A DNA stretch of 64,000 nt from an uncultured bacterium (GCA_934644775.1 CAKUDB010000011.1:1118-65117); one strand, 5' to 3'. Shown: positions 1-9,426, counted from the first letter of the stretch. Notes: a model not told the origin generated them from the letters alone. Numbers and translations: made by a program.

Positions 1-719
1 CCGTAGAAAGCTTCGGCGATAGAACCAGTTATAGCGGCAATGGTATCGCTGTCGCCTCCCAAAGAAACAGCTAAACGTATGGCATTTTCAAAATCGGAAG
101 ATTCTAAAAAGGCTTCGATAGCTTGCGGCACAGTTTCCATACAAGTTTCGTTGAATTGGTAGTGGGGGCGAATTTCGTCAACAGTAAAGCTTAATTTATA
201 ATAATTATCGTTAATATGTTGTCTTATTTCGTATTTGCTTTTGCCTTGCCTAGCCATGAAGATAGCTGCCGTAGTAGCTTGAGCTCCTCTAATGCCTTCA
301 GGATGATCGTGAGTGACAGCTGTTACTACTTTAGCCAGCTCTAAAGCTTCTTCCAAAGTGTAAGCGGCCCAAGCTGCAGCGCTAACACGCATAGCCGATC
401 CGTTACCAAAGCTGTTATAAGGCTTAGGATTGAGACAATACATCCAATGCAAAAAGCGGCCACCATAACCGCAGCCAGGATAAGGCTGTCCTATTTGACG
501 CATATAGCGCACAGTTAAATCAAAAAGTGTTTGTCTCCCCTTCTCATTGAGTTCTAACCCTTGTTTATAAAATTCTACAATAGCTTTACCTATTGCTAGG
601 CTCATAATTGAATCATCAGTAGCAAAACAATCATCATCAAAAAAGGGAAATTCAATATTGCGATGATTGGCAAATTCATAACGTGAGCCCACAATATCGC
701 CGACAATAGCTCCTAACAT
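1..719 (-). CDS. ADP-ribosylglycohydrolase family protein (C-terminal part runs off window start)
   Basis: Minus-strand ATG at 719 with GGAGGG RBS 5 nt upstream; translation begins MLGAIVGDIVGSRYEF..., the characteristic N-terminus of the ADP-ribosylglycohydrolase (DraG-like) family; frame stays open to position 1. Confidence 0.7.
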   Translation of the reverse strand, partial: MLGAIVGDIVGSRYEFANHRNIEFPFFDDDCFATDDSIMSLAIGKAIVEFYKQGLELNEKGRQTLFDLTVRYMRQIGQPYPGCGYGGRFLHWMYCLNPKPYNSFGNGSAMRVSAAAWAAYTLEEALELAKVVTAVTHDHPEGIRGAQATTAAIFMARQGKSKYEIRQHINDNYYKLSFTVDEIRPHYQFNETCMETVPQAIEAFLESSDFENAIRLAVSLGGDSDTIAAITGSIAEAFY

Positions 720-799
720 ATCACCCTCCGAATTAACTTGCTTTTGTTCGCAGCCGACGATGTTTCAGCTTAAAGGGTTTTACTTCCTATTTTGCTTTA

Positions 800-840
800 A
801 AAACAAAAAAAAGCCCGAGCACTAAACTCGAACTTCATTT
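800..840 (-). terminator. possible weak terminator after tRNA-Tyr (short stem followed by T8 on minus strand)
   Basis: A8 run at 806-812 on + strand (T8 on minus) preceded on minus strand by a short CGAG/CTCG stem. Confidence 0.3.
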
Positions 841-841
841 G

Positions 842-928
842 TGGTGGGCACGAAAGGATTCGAACCTCTGTAGCGCGTCGCGCGTCAGATTTACAGTCTG
901 ATGCAATTGTCCACTCTGCCACGTACCC
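842..928 (-). tRNA. tRNA-Tyr (anticodon GUA), long variable arm, CCA encoded
   Basis: Minus-strand sequence GGGTACGTGGCAGAG...CAGACTGTAAATCTG...GGTTCGAATCC...CGTGCCCACCA. The 7-bp acceptor stem GGGTACG/CGTGCCC has one G-U pair, the anticodon loop is CTGTAAA, and the variable arm is long, as in bacterial Tyr tRNAs. Confidence 0.85.
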
Positions 929-940
929 GTAACGGGAAGT

Positions 941-969
941 ATATTACCTAAACAAACTGCCCTTGTCAA
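941..969 (-). promoter_or_regulatory. sigma-A type promoter for tRNA-Tyr (TTGACA-17-TAATAT)
   Basis: Minus-strand TTGACA (969..964), exact 17-nt spacer, TAATAT (946..941), 12 nt before mature tRNA 5' end. Confidence 0.5.
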
Positions 970-1072
970 GAGAGTTGAGCCGATAGGATAAGATTTTTTA
1001 TAAACTAAAGGGTTCCGCCTTGGCTTTGGGAACTTTATCAGTGTTGACTTTAAGGGCTGGGAGCACATTTCT

Positions 1073-2767
1073 ATGGATAAACAAAGTAACTATTTTTTCA
1101 TTTCTTCTTTACGAAACTTTACTTGGCGTACTGCTTGCCTTTCTTTAATAGTTTGGGCAACCTTTATGCCTCCTACCATAGCTGAACCTCCCCAAGAGAC
1201 TAAGCCTTCCGAAGCAGCCTCACCTACTGTCAATAGTTCTAAGCCCACAGAAACTAAAACTGAAAAGGCAAATAGCGCTACAGATAAGGCCACCCCAACT
1301 AACCAACAGAAAGATCAAACTAAGAGTCAACAAGCTGAGCAACAACCCCCTTCGCAGGAAGCGGAGCATCTTTACCAGCGCGGTAAAAAGCTTATTAAGC
1401 AAGATGACGTAGCTCAAGGTTTAGATTTGTTGCGTAAAGCTGCCTCTTTGGGCCACGGCGGGGCGGCCTATATGGCTGCCGATTGCCTTTACAATGCCAA
1501 AGGTTGCCCGCGTAATGTTCAAGCTGCTATTACTTTGTATAGAACAGCTGCCGATTTAGGTAATACGGCCGCTCAATTGGCTATAGGTAATATTTATCGC
1601 TTCGGTAACGGTATTAACAAAAATTTTGGCCAAGCTATAGCTTTTTTATCCAAAGCAGCCGGCCTTGGTGATCCTAGAGCTAAAAATGCTTTAGCCGAAA
1701 TGATCGCTGCCGGTCAGGGTACAGACAAAGATTATCAAAAGGCTTTTAAGCTTTTTAGTGAAGCTGCTCAAGCCGGTAATACTGACGCTATGGTCAATTT
1801 AGGTGACTTATATGCTTTAGGTCACGGCGTCAAACAAGATCACCTTAAAGCTGTACAGTGGTATAAAAAAGCGGCTGCCCAAAATAATGGCCGAGCCTAT
1901 TATAGGTTGGGTTACTGCTCAGAAGCTGGTTTAGGGCTAAAGCAAAACCGCTCTCAAGCTATTAAAGATTACGATAAAGCTGGCCACTTAGGTTATCCTT
2001 TAGGTTGGACACGTATAGGCAGGCTTTACGATCTCGGTTTAGGTGTTAAAGCCAACTTTGAGCAAGCTTTAAAGTATTACCAAAAGGCAGCCGATTTTAA
2101 GGAGGGAACCGCTTTAACAGTTTTGGGCCTTTACTACGAGCAAGGACTTAAAGTAAAGCAAAACCCAGCCAAGGCTTTGAAGTATTACATAAAAGCCGCC
2201 GACTTAAAATATGGAGAAGGGGCCAATATGCTAGGCCGCCTTTATACTGAAGGCAAGTTTGTCCCTAAAAATAAGGAGACAGCCGCCGATCTTTTTTACC
2301 AAGCCGGAGAAGATGGCAGCTTAAATGGCTTATGCAATTCAGGCAATTGCTACTACTACGGTATTGCTCGCGGTCAAGATTACCGAACTGCTTGCGAAAA
2401 TTATAAAGTGGCTGCCGATTTACACCATCCTATAGCTTTATATAATTATGCTATTTGTCAAGGGCGCGGTTTCGGTACCAAAAAAGATGCCCCAGGAGCT
2501 ATCGACAATTTTACTAAATCGGCCCAATTAGGCTGTATTCCGGCTATGGATAAGCTTAGTGAAATTTATCAAAAAGGGACTTTAACCGACGCAGATCCCG
2601 CTAAAGCTAAATATTGGCAAGAGCAAGTCCGCTCTCACACCAAGAATCCCGAATTAAAAAGACAGGCTGACGATATGTATTACCACCAAGATAAGCACAA
2701 CTCTCGCCCGCTTGTCTTAAAAGCTTATTACTATGTACCTACCGATATTATAATTTTTAGATATTGA
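1073..2767 (+). CDS. Sel1-like repeat (SLR/TPR-like) protein with N-terminal signal/TM segment
   Basis: 564-aa ORF; about ten tandem ~36-aa Sel1 repeats (e.g. AAYMAADCLYNAKGCPRNVQAAITLYRTAADLGNTAAQLAIGNIYRFGNG); hydrophobic N-terminus. Confidence 0.85.
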   Translation: MDKQSNYFFISSLRNFTWRTACLSLIVWATFMPPTIAEPPQETKPSEAASPTVNSSKPTETKTEKANSATDKATPTNQQKDQTKSQQAEQQPPSQEAEHLYQRGKKLIKQDDVAQGLDLLRKAASLGHGGAAYMAADCLYNAKGCPRNVQAAITLYRTAADLGNTAAQLAIGNIYRFGNGINKNFGQAIAFLSKAAGLGDPRAKNALAEMIAAGQGTDKDYQKAFKLFSEAAQAGNTDAMVNLGDLYALGHGVKQDHLKAVQWYKKAAAQNNGRAYYRLGYCSEAGLGLKQNRSQAIKDYDKAGHLGYPLGWTRIGRLYDLGLGVKANFEQALKYYQKAADFKEGTALTVLGLYYEQGLKVKQNPAKALKYYIKAADLKYGEGANMLGRLYTEGKFVPKNKETAADLFYQAGEDGSLNGLCNSGNCYYYGIARGQDYRTACENYKVAADLHHPIALYNYAICQGRGFGTKKDAPGAIDNFTKSAQLGCIPAMDKLSEIYQKGTLTDADPAKAKYWQEQVRSHTKNPELKRQADDMYYHQDKHNSRPLVLKAYYYVPTDIIIFRY

Positions 2768-2957
2768 CATATAAAATATATTTTTTTAATTTAAGTTGGT
2801 CATGCAATACAAAAATAAAGAAAACATTAGCAAGTCGGATTACAAAAAGTTCAAGCTTTCTTGCTACTTTGTATGTAGTTGAAAGTTTGCCAAGGCAAAA
2901 TTGACAAAAAAAAGCCCTCCAAGATGAGCTAGAGAACTCGCCCGAAGGGACCGCTTT

Positions 2958-3033
2958 TGGAGCCTCGAACCGGACTCGAACCGGTGACCTTCCGCTTACA
3001 AGGCGGGAGCTCTACCAACTGAGCTATTGAGGC
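2958..3033 (-). tRNA. tRNA-Thr (anticodon UGU), CCA encoded
   Basis: Minus-strand GCCTCAATAGCTCAGTTGGTAGAGC...CCGCCTTGTAAGCGG...ACCGGTTCGAGTCCGGT...TCGAGGCTCCA. The anticodon loop is CTTGTAA and the T-loop is TTCGAGT. Confidence 0.85.
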
Positions 3034-3056
3034 AAATATTTAACTTAACCGCAAAA

Positions 3057-3085
3057 ATAATACTTAATAAATAATCTTTTGTCAA
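3057..3085 (-). promoter_or_regulatory. sigma-A type promoter for tRNA-Thr (TTGACA-17-TATTAT)
   Basis: Minus-strand TTGACA (3085..3080), 17-nt spacer, TATTAT (3062..3057), ~24 nt upstream of mature tRNA 5' end. Confidence 0.5.
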
Positions 3086-3089
3086 GATA

Positions 3090-3142
3090 GAACTTACTCC
3101 AAAGAGGCCGCCCACGGAAAAAGAAGCTTTCCGGGCGGCCTC
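3090..3142 (-). terminator. rho-independent terminator downstream of sigH
   Basis: Perfect 10-bp stem GAGGCCGCCC (3104-3113) / GGGCGGCCTC (3133-3142) with internal GGAAA/TTTCC sub-stem, followed on minus strand by TTTGGAG. A second hairpin lies at 3170-3189. Confidence 0.5.
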
Positions 3143-3197
3143 GGGGGAATCTCTCCTGGTATTAGTGTCGGCACAGTAGTACCGACAAAAAGCTGAG

Positions 3198-3866
3198 CTA
3201 ATGGCTCATAGGAGCTTTTAAAGTTCTCTCGATTTTGCGTTTGACTCTCTGTAAAGCGTTATCAATAGACTTTACATGACGGTTGAGTTCTTTAGCCATC
3301 TCCTGATAAGACTTGCCTTCAAGATAAGACTGCAGAACCTGAGACTCCAATTCGCTCAAGTTTTGCTTAATTTTTTCTCTCAAATCGCTGGAAAGCTCGG
3401 TGCTAATAAACACTTCCTCCGGATCGGACACCTTATTGGAAGAAAGGACATCTAACATAGTGCGATCGGAGTCTTCATCATAAATAGGCTTGTTAAGCGA
3501 TACGTAAGAGTTTAAAGGTATATGTTTTTGACGAGTGGCAGTCTTAATTGCGGTAATAATCTGTCTCGTAATGCACAACTCAGCGAATGCTCTGAAAGAA
3601 GATAATTTGTCAGCGCGAAAGTCGCGAATAGATTTGTACAGGCCAATCATTCCTTCTTGAATAATGTCTTCACGATCGGCACCTACCAAAAAATAGGATT
3701 TTGCTTTCACACGCACAAAATTTTTGTATTTGGAGATAAGATACTCGGTAGCAAACTCATCACCGTCTTTAGCTAGCTTGACAACCTCCTCATCCTGGCG
3801 CTCATCTAAGCTGGCGCTGTAGTTGCTGCCCGTACTTGGCACTGACATCAAGTTGGTATTTGGCAT
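3198..3866 (-). CDS. sigH: RNA polymerase sigma factor SigH (sigma-H)
   Basis: 222 aa; the segment EYLISKYKNFVRVKAKSYFLVGADREDIIQEGMIGLYKSIRDF...FAELCITRQIITAIKTATRQKHIPLNSYVSLNKPIYDE is near-identical to the conserved core of Bacillus SigH; sits downstream of cysS-rlmB as in Firmicutes. Confidence 0.9.
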   Translation of the reverse strand: MPNTNLMSVPSTGSNYSASLDERQDEEVVKLAKDGDEFATEYLISKYKNFVRVKAKSYFLVGADREDIIQEGMIGLYKSIRDFRADKLSSFRAFAELCITRQIITAIKTATRQKHIPLNSYVSLNKPIYDEDSDRTMLDVLSSNKVSDPEEVFISTELSSDLREKIKQNLSELESQVLQSYLEGKSYQEMAKELNRHVKSIDNALQRVKRKIERTLKAPMSH

Positions 3867-4395
3867 TCAAATAACCTCGTGTTCTTCCAATGTGAGCCTC
3901 TGCGGATTATCGATAAAATGTGTACTTATCTCTCTGAGGAGGATTCGCGAAGTTTCAACGAAAAAGTAGCTTGGGATGTTTGCGGCTCTTGGGCCGGGGG
4001 GAGAGGCCACCTTCTCTTGGTGAAACTAAAACTGAACCGGAAGCTAAACCAAATGCCTAAACAAAACTTGCCATTTAGGCTAGACGGTACCAACTTTACC
4101 GCAAGTATTTGTACCTTCTATTAGGATTAGAGAAACAAAAAACCAGCTATCTGTAATTCCCTAAGGGATCTAAGCAGACAACTAATCTAGCACACACATC
4201 CTCCACCGCAAAAAATATAACTGAAAGAAGATGAAACTGAGCGGCAAAGCCCATACTCTAAAAAAATCGGCCTAAAACTAACTTTTCAAGAGCAGGAAAC
4301 CCTACCTTGGTAAGGAAAGACAGTGCATAATCTTACGATCTAGAACTTTCCTTCCATTAGCTTACTTGTGAAGGATACCACAAACAAACCCTTTT

Positions 4396-4415
4396 GGCAA
4401 TTATTGACAATTGCC
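4396..4415. promoter_or_regulatory. perfect inverted repeat GGCAATT-N6-AATTGCC, 16 nt downstream of rlmB stop (weak terminator or operator)
   Basis: Arms 4396-4402 and 4409-4415 are exact reverse complements. Confidence 0.3.
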
Positions 4416-4431
4416 TTTGTTGTTGTCTCTC

Positions 4432-5358
4432 CTATCTTTTCCCCAGCCTCTGTCTAACCACTTCGTACATCATAATTCCGCCAGCCACAGAGACATTTAA
4501 AGACTCAATCTTGCCCAACATGGGGATCTTCACCAAGTTTGTACACAATTCTTTAACACTCGGACGCAACCCCTTACCCTCGGCTCCCATTACTATCACA
4601 GTAGGGCCATTATAATCAACCTGAGTGTAGTCGTAATCAGTATTAGAATCGGCACCTAAAATAGTATAATTTTCAGAACGGAGTTGACGCAAAATAGATC
4701 CCAATTTGGGAACGCGGGCTACCAGCATATGCTGATCGGCACCGGCACTAGCTCGAGTAACTGCAGAGGTAAAACTACACGAATTAGAACTGGTGACAAT
4801 GACTCCATCTACTCCGCTAGCTTCAGCAGTACGCAACAAAGCCCCGAAATTTCCCGGATCTTGCACTTCATCGAGCACTAATAAAAACGGAGCATAGTCA
4901 CTTTGGCGACACTTGTCCCTAATCTCTTCCCAGGTGTTGAAATTACGAGCCGCTTTAATGGCAGCTACGCCCTGGTGATTGGCATGATTACACATAAAGT
5001 CTAGGCGCTGGCGCTCACAATGGACAACGGCAATGCCCTCTTCACGAGCCATAGTAAAAACTTCTTTAGGCACCCCTACAGCTTGCTTCAATACATAGAT
5101 GCGCTGTAAGGGTACGCCACTACGCAAAGCCTCAACTACAGGACGACGCCCATAGATAGTCTCTTGCTCAGTTGGGGACTCTAAAGTATTCTTGCTTTCC
5201 TGTTGGGAAGTAGAAGGGAGGCTATCAGCTTGAGGAGCCCTAGCTAAGCCTCCCCTCCTCTCGTCAAAGTGACACTCTCTCGACCATTTGCCTCTAGACC
5301 CGGCAGAACGAGCGTAAGGACGGCCACTTTTTATCTCTTGCTTGGATCGATTTTCCAT
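4432..5358 (-). CDS. rlmB: 23S rRNA (guanosine-2'-O)-methyltransferase RlmB-like (TrmH/SpoU family) with ~65-aa Arg/Gly/Ser-rich N-terminal extension
   Basis: IYGRRPVVEALRSG...HQGVAAI...VLDEVQDPGNFGALLRTAEASG...LNVSVAGGIMMYE are SpoU-methylase motifs; AAGGGG RBS 6 nt upstream; start overlaps the cysS 3' end by 28 nt. Confidence 0.8.
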   Translation of the reverse strand: MENRSKQEIKSGRPYARSAGSRGKWSRECHFDERRGGLARAPQADSLPSTSQQESKNTLESPTEQETIYGRRPVVEALRSGVPLQRIYVLKQAVGVPKEVFTMAREEGIAVVHCERQRLDFMCNHANHQGVAAIKAARNFNTWEEIRDKCRQSDYAPFLLVLDEVQDPGNFGALLRTAEASGVDGVIVTSSNSCSFTSAVTRASAGADQHMLVARVPKLGSILRQLRSENYTILGADSNTDYDYTQVDYNGPTVIVMGAEGKGLRPSVKELCTNLVKIPMLGKIESLNVSVAGGIMMYEVVRQRLGKR

Positions 5359-6809
5359 CTTAACCCCTTGGGAGTATCTTCTAAAATAATACCGCGCTCT
5401 AAAAGCTGGTCACGAATACAATCGGCTTTTTGGAAATTGCGCTCTTGGCGTGCTTGTTGACGAGCTTCAATTAAAGCCTTCTCTTCGTCAGTAATTTCAT
5501 CACTAACCGACTTTTGAGCTTCTTTAACAATATCTAAAGCAAAAACTCTGTCAAATTCATTGATTAAGCCTAAAACAAGCTGAGCGGCCTCTTGGCCAAT
5601 ATCTCCGCCTTCATCGATAGCTTTATTGACGTCGCGACGCAAAGCAAAAAGCACCGCCAAGGCTTCAGGCGTATTAAGATCGTTGTCCATAGACTCAATA
5701 AATTTGCCACGACTCTCTTCCACAAGTTGCTTGAGCTGGGCAGAGACTTCTGTAGAGCTCTCTTGCTCGGTAAGGCGGCGGGCAAAGGCGATAAGGTTGT
5801 CTCTGGTATCCTGAGCAGTTTGCAAACCGCTAAAAGTAAAGTCCAGACGAGTGCGGTAATGGGTAGAAAGTAATAAATAGCGCACAGACAAAGCGTTCCA
5901 AGCCTTGCCAGAAGCATTTTTAGAAGCGTCGAGCAAATCGCGCAACTTATAGAAATTGCCCAACGATTTACTCATCTTTTTGCCTTCAACTTGTAAATGC
6001 TCGGAATGGAGCCAATAATTGACAAAAGTTTCGCCAGTACAAGGCTCAGTTTGGGCAATCTCGTTTTGATGGTGCGGGAAAATGTTATCTACGCCTCCAG
6101 TATGAATATCAAAATGGTTGCCCAAATATTCGGTACTCATAGCCGAGCACTCAATATGCCAACCGGGACGCCCTTTACCTAAATCGGGATACTGATCCCA
6201 GTAAACGTCGCCGTCATTTTCGTCCCAAGCTTTCCACAAGGCAAAATCGGCGGCCGTGCCTTTTTCGTATTCATCTTGAGAAACGCGGGCTCCACTTTGC
6301 AATTCATCAACTTTAATATGAGCCAACTTGCCATAATCGGCAAATTTAGAAATATCGTAATAAATGGAGCCGTCGTCAGAGCGATAGGCGTAACCTTTAT
6401 TGATAAGGTCGCGAATCATAGCCACCATACGATCTACATGCTGAGTGGCCCTAGGATAATAAGTAGCCAGCTCAATATTTAAACTTTTCAAATCGGCGAA
6501 AAAAGCTTCAATAAAAGGATCGGTAATAGAACTGAGCGGAACTTGCTGAGTGCGGGCTTTGCGGATAGTTTTGTCTTCCACGTCAGTAATATTCATGACG
6601 TGGGTAACTTCATAGCCGCGATATTCTAAGTAGCGACGTAAAATATCTTCGAAGACATAAGTGCGGAAATTGCCGATATGAGCAAAATCGTGAACAGTAG
6701 GGCCACAAGTATAAAGCCCAACTTTGCATGGCTTGCCGACCTCAGTTTCGGCAATAGGATGGAATACTTCCAGAGAGCGGCTCATGGTATTAAAAAAACG
6801 AATAGCCAT
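5331..6809 (-). CDS. cysS: cysteine--tRNA ligase
   Basis: HIGN and KMSKS class-I motifs; the N-terminus MAIRFFNTMSRSLEVF aligns with the MTIQLYNTLTRKKEPF-type start of Bacillus CysS, so ATG at 6809 is preferred over the longer GTG-6863 ORF in the track. Confidence 0.9.
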   Translation of the reverse strand: MAIRFFNTMSRSLEVFHPIAETEVGKPCKVGLYTCGPTVHDFAHIGNFRTYVFEDILRRYLEYRGYEVTHVMNITDVEDKTIRKARTQQVPLSSITDPFIEAFFADLKSLNIELATYYPRATQHVDRMVAMIRDLINKGYAYRSDDGSIYYDISKFADYGKLAHIKVDELQSGARVSQDEYEKGTAADFALWKAWDENDGDVYWDQYPDLGKGRPGWHIECSAMSTEYLGNHFDIHTGGVDNIFPHHQNEIAQTEPCTGETFVNYWLHSEHLQVEGKKMSKSLGNFYKLRDLLDASKNASGKAWNALSVRYLLLSTHYRTRLDFTFSGLQTAQDTRDNLIAFARRLTEQESSTEVSAQLKQLVEESRGKFIESMDNDLNTPEALAVLFALRRDVNKAIDEGGDIGQEAAQLVLGLINEFDRVFALDIVKEAQKSVSDEITDEEKALIEARQQARQERNFQKADCIRDQLLERGIILEDTPKGLRWKIDPSKR

Positions 6810-6912
6810 ATCGTAAAAGACCTTACCTTCTCCTCTATTTTTCTGCTTTTTAGGGAGAGCCACAAGGCCAACCCTAGCAGTATCTGAATATTTTTATCTA
6901 TATCGAGTAGTG

Positions 6913-6941
6913 AGTTTACACTGTTTTTAAGTTTTACTCAA
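6913..6941 (-). promoter_or_regulatory. candidate promoter for cysS-rlmB (TTGAGT-17-TAAACT)
   Basis: Minus-strand -35 TTGAGT (6941..6936), 17-nt spacer, -10 TAAACT (6918..6913); leader too short for a T-box. Confidence 0.3.
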
Positions 6942-6967
6942 GAAGCAGCCTAAAACTGGCCAACCAG

Positions 6968-7030
6968 CCCAAAAAGAAGGCCCTCGCTTCGACTGTCCGA
7001 GCCGAAAATCGAGGGCTTTATATATTTATA
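6968..7030 (-). terminator. terminator downstream of the subtilisin gene (bidirectional-type hairpin)
   Basis: 7-bp stem GCCCTCG (6980-6986)/CGAGGGC (7010-7016), flanked by A5 upstream and TTTATATATTTATA downstream on +; T-rich CTTCTTTTTGGG on minus. Confidence 0.5.
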
Positions 7031-7055
7031 CCGGAGCCATTTTTAGCCACTAACT

Positions 7056-8537
7056 CTAAGCCATTAAGAACCCTTCGTCGGAAGGAGCAGCCTCTTTAGC
7101 TTCAGCTTGAGAATTACTTCCACTTTGGGAATTTTCTTTAGCTAAAGTGGCAATATCGTGAGAAGTATCCCAAGTTAAAGCTAGTTCTAAAGCTTTTTTG
7201 GCATTGATTAAGCCAGCGCCTTGCACATATTTAGGCTCATCTAAGTAGTTGTCGCAACTCTTAACCAAAATTTCTTTGACGTCTTTGTGAGTAAGGTTAG
7301 GATTGGCTTGCTTGAGACAAGCGGCCACGCCGGCAACCATAGGAGTAGCCATAGAAGTACCAGAAATAGCTACATAGTCTTGGCCTATGTGAGGCAAACT
7401 ATCGTCATCGATACCAGCTTCGGGAGCTAAGGGGCCGTAGACATTGACGCCGGGAGCCACCAAGTCGGGCTTATTGATACCGTCGATATTCGTCGGGCCA
7501 CGGCTAGAGAAATCGGCGATCTTGTCGTCGGAGCGATCTAAAGTACCGTTATCATCTAAGGCACCTACAGTAATAATATCAGGATGGATGCCAGGAGTGG
7601 AGATATTGCGCTCGGAAGGGCCGTCGTTGCCTGCGGCTACACAAACAACCAAGCCAGCTTCCATGGCCTTTTCAGCCGCCTGAGCCCAAGGATCGTCTTT
7701 GTAAGAGCGCATAGCGAAGTCGCCTAAAGACATGTTGATAACCCCAATACCCAAGCGATCCTTGTTTTCGATTACCCACTGGATACCTTTGATAGCCTCG
7801 GAGACATTGCTTATACGCACACCCACCACGTTGGCGTCGGGAGCTACGCCTTTATGGACTCCAGCCGACTTAACACCACTTCCAGCAGCGATACCAGCTA
7901 CATGGGTACCGTGGCCGTAAGTATCGGTAGGCTTGAGAGTGCCTTCTTGCATATCTACCCAACCGGTAATTTTGCCCTCTAAATCGGGATGGGGATAGAT
8001 ACCCGAATCGATAACGGCAATAGTCTGGCCTTTACCGGTATACCCCATATCCCACACTTCATTTATACCTATAAGGGCGTCGGCTATATCGTCGGGAGCT
8101 TGGCCCTTAGCGGCAGCTCCTGATTGGGCGCTCTTCATAATAGTAGGATTATCAAAAGAGAGTGGACGATCGATAGCTATTTGGGTGCCTACCGGCAAAT
8201 TCTTTAGCATATTGTCGATATTTTCTGGCTTTACATCGACAGAGTAACCGTTAATTAAAGGCAAATTATCGGAGATTGTGGTGCCTGATTTTTCCTGAGC
8301 CTTGAGAAAAGCCGCAGTATCGGACGCTTTAGCTTCTTTGCTGAAACTAAGGATAAAGCGCACGTTGCCATCATCATTTGTAGTCAAACCGGAACTTTGA
8401 AAAGCGTCGATAGGAGTATTGACGGCACTACTGTCATTTTTTACTTCTGTTCCGCCCTTAGGGACAGAATTGCTTACCGAATCGGTATAAGTTCTATTTA
8501 TATTGATTGAAGAACTACCGATACAATCTGCTCTCAC
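7056..8537 (-). CDS. S8 family subtilisin-like serine peptidase with N-terminal I9/fervidolysin-like propeptide; no recognisable signal peptide
   Basis: Catalytic D (AVIDSG), H (HGTHVAG) and S (GTSMATPMVAG); GTG start at 8537 with AAAGGAGG RBS ~10 nt upstream; N-terminus is hydrophilic. Confidence 0.85.
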   Translation of the reverse strand: MRADCIGSSSININRTYTDSVSNSVPKGGTEVKNDSSAVNTPIDAFQSSGLTTNDDGNVRFILSFSKEAKASDTAAFLKAQEKSGTTISDNLPLINGYSVDVKPENIDNMLKNLPVGTQIAIDRPLSFDNPTIMKSAQSGAAAKGQAPDDIADALIGINEVWDMGYTGKGQTIAVIDSGIYPHPDLEGKITGWVDMQEGTLKPTDTYGHGTHVAGIAAGSGVKSAGVHKGVAPDANVVGVRISNVSEAIKGIQWVIENKDRLGIGVINMSLGDFAMRSYKDDPWAQAAEKAMEAGLVVCVAAGNDGPSERNISTPGIHPDIITVGALDDNGTLDRSDDKIADFSSRGPTNIDGINKPDLVAPGVNVYGPLAPEAGIDDDSLPHIGQDYVAISGTSMATPMVAGVAACLKQANPNLTHKDVKEILVKSCDNYLDEPKYVQGAGLINAKKALELALTWDTSHDIATLAKENSQSGSNSQAEAKEAAPSDEGFLMA

Positions 8538-8741
8538 GACTCAAAAACCTCCTTTCAAGAGCCATTTGCAGCTCTTGCCCCCCAACCAAACCTGGAACCG
8601 ACTCCTTGAAGCAAGCCAGCTCCAATTCTCTATAATGGAGCATATCACTTAGGCAGATGGCAGTGCAACAGTCAACTGTTGCAAAAGTTTTGCTAATCGT
8701 CACTAAACTAAATATTTACCCTATTTTATATCTTTATCCCC

Positions 8742-8808
8742 TACTAAAAAAATAAAACCCCTCCGTTTAAACCAATTAGAAAAGAAATTGAACAGAAGGG
8801 GTTCTAAA
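8742..8808 (-). terminator. probable terminator downstream of tsaC (AACCCC/GGGGTT stem, long loop, T8 tail on minus strand)
   Basis: Minus strand reads TAGAACCCC...GGGGTTTTATTTTTTTTAG immediately after the tsaC stop. Confidence 0.4.
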
Positions 8809-8811
8809 AAG

Positions 8812-9426
8812 CTAATCGACTATACACAGAGCTTCTTCAACATCTCCTTTGCCGTAGCGAATAACTGTAGGAGTAGCGCCGCTAAGATCGATAACTGAAG
8901 ATTGAGATAATTCTACCGGACCACAATCGATAAGTATATCGGCCTCGCGATAATAAGTTTTTATCAACTCCGGCTCGTTCAACTCTTCGTCAGTTTCATA
9001 GTCGGCAGAAGTATTCATTAAAGGGTTGCCCAACTCGCGAATAATCCCTAAACAAATTTTATTGTTGGGTACACGGATGCCAACTTTGCGCTGTTTATCA
9101 ACCACTACACGAGGCACAAGTTTAGTAGCAGGCAAAATAAAAGTGTAAGGGCCTGGCAAGAGGCGCTTCAATAAAGTGTAAGCTTGTTCGTTTATATGAG
9201 CATACTTGGCAATTTGCTCTAAATCGGAGCAGAGCAAGGAGAGCGGCTTGCGCTTATTGAGCTTCTTTATATTGTAAACTCTATTGATGGCCTGAGGATT
9301 GAGAGCATCGCAACCCATACCGTAAAGGGTGTCGGTAGGATAGATAACTACACCGCCAGAGCGAAGCTTGCGGGTGGCTTGTTCGATAATAGTCTCGGGG
9401 TCCTGGTCGCATTGTATAACGATCAC
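8812..9426 (-). CDS. tsaC: L-threonylcarbamoyladenylate synthase (YrdC/TsaC type, short form)
   Basis: 204 aa; VVIYPTDTLYGMGCDALNPQAINRVYNIKKLNKRKPLSLL and GIRVPNNKICLGIIRELGNPL are YrdC/Sua5-domain motifs. Confidence 0.85.
   Translation of the reverse strand: MIVIQCDQDPETIIEQATRKLRSGGVVIYPTDTLYGMGCDALNPQAINRVYNIKKLNKRKPLSLLCSDLEQIAKYAHINEQAYTLLKRLLPGPYTFILPATKLVPRVVVDKQRKVGIRVPNNKICLGIIRELGNPLMNTSADYETDEELNEPELIKTYYREADILIDCGPVELSQSSVIDLSGATPTVIRYGKGDVEEALCIVD

Noticed and set aside
3879-4615. Small ORFs (81 and 73 aa) in the rlmB-sigH spacer
   Set aside because: No RBS, atypical composition, no homology signal; the region is more likely regulatory
6810-6975. Possible T-box leader upstream of cysS (a TAGGGTTGG string resembles the T-box AGGGUGG core)
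   Set aside because: Only ~105 nt lies between the best candidate promoter and the start codon, too short for stem I/specifier plus the antiterminator. The rest of the T-box consensus (AAUUAGGGUGGNACCGCG) is not matched, and no terminator/antiterminator alternative is seen
8515-8703. 62-aa minus-strand ORF upstream of and overlapping the subtilisin start (possible frameshifted N-terminus or signal peptide)
   Set aside because: Its translation is not hydrophobic or signal-like, and the subtilisin GTG start has a strong RBS
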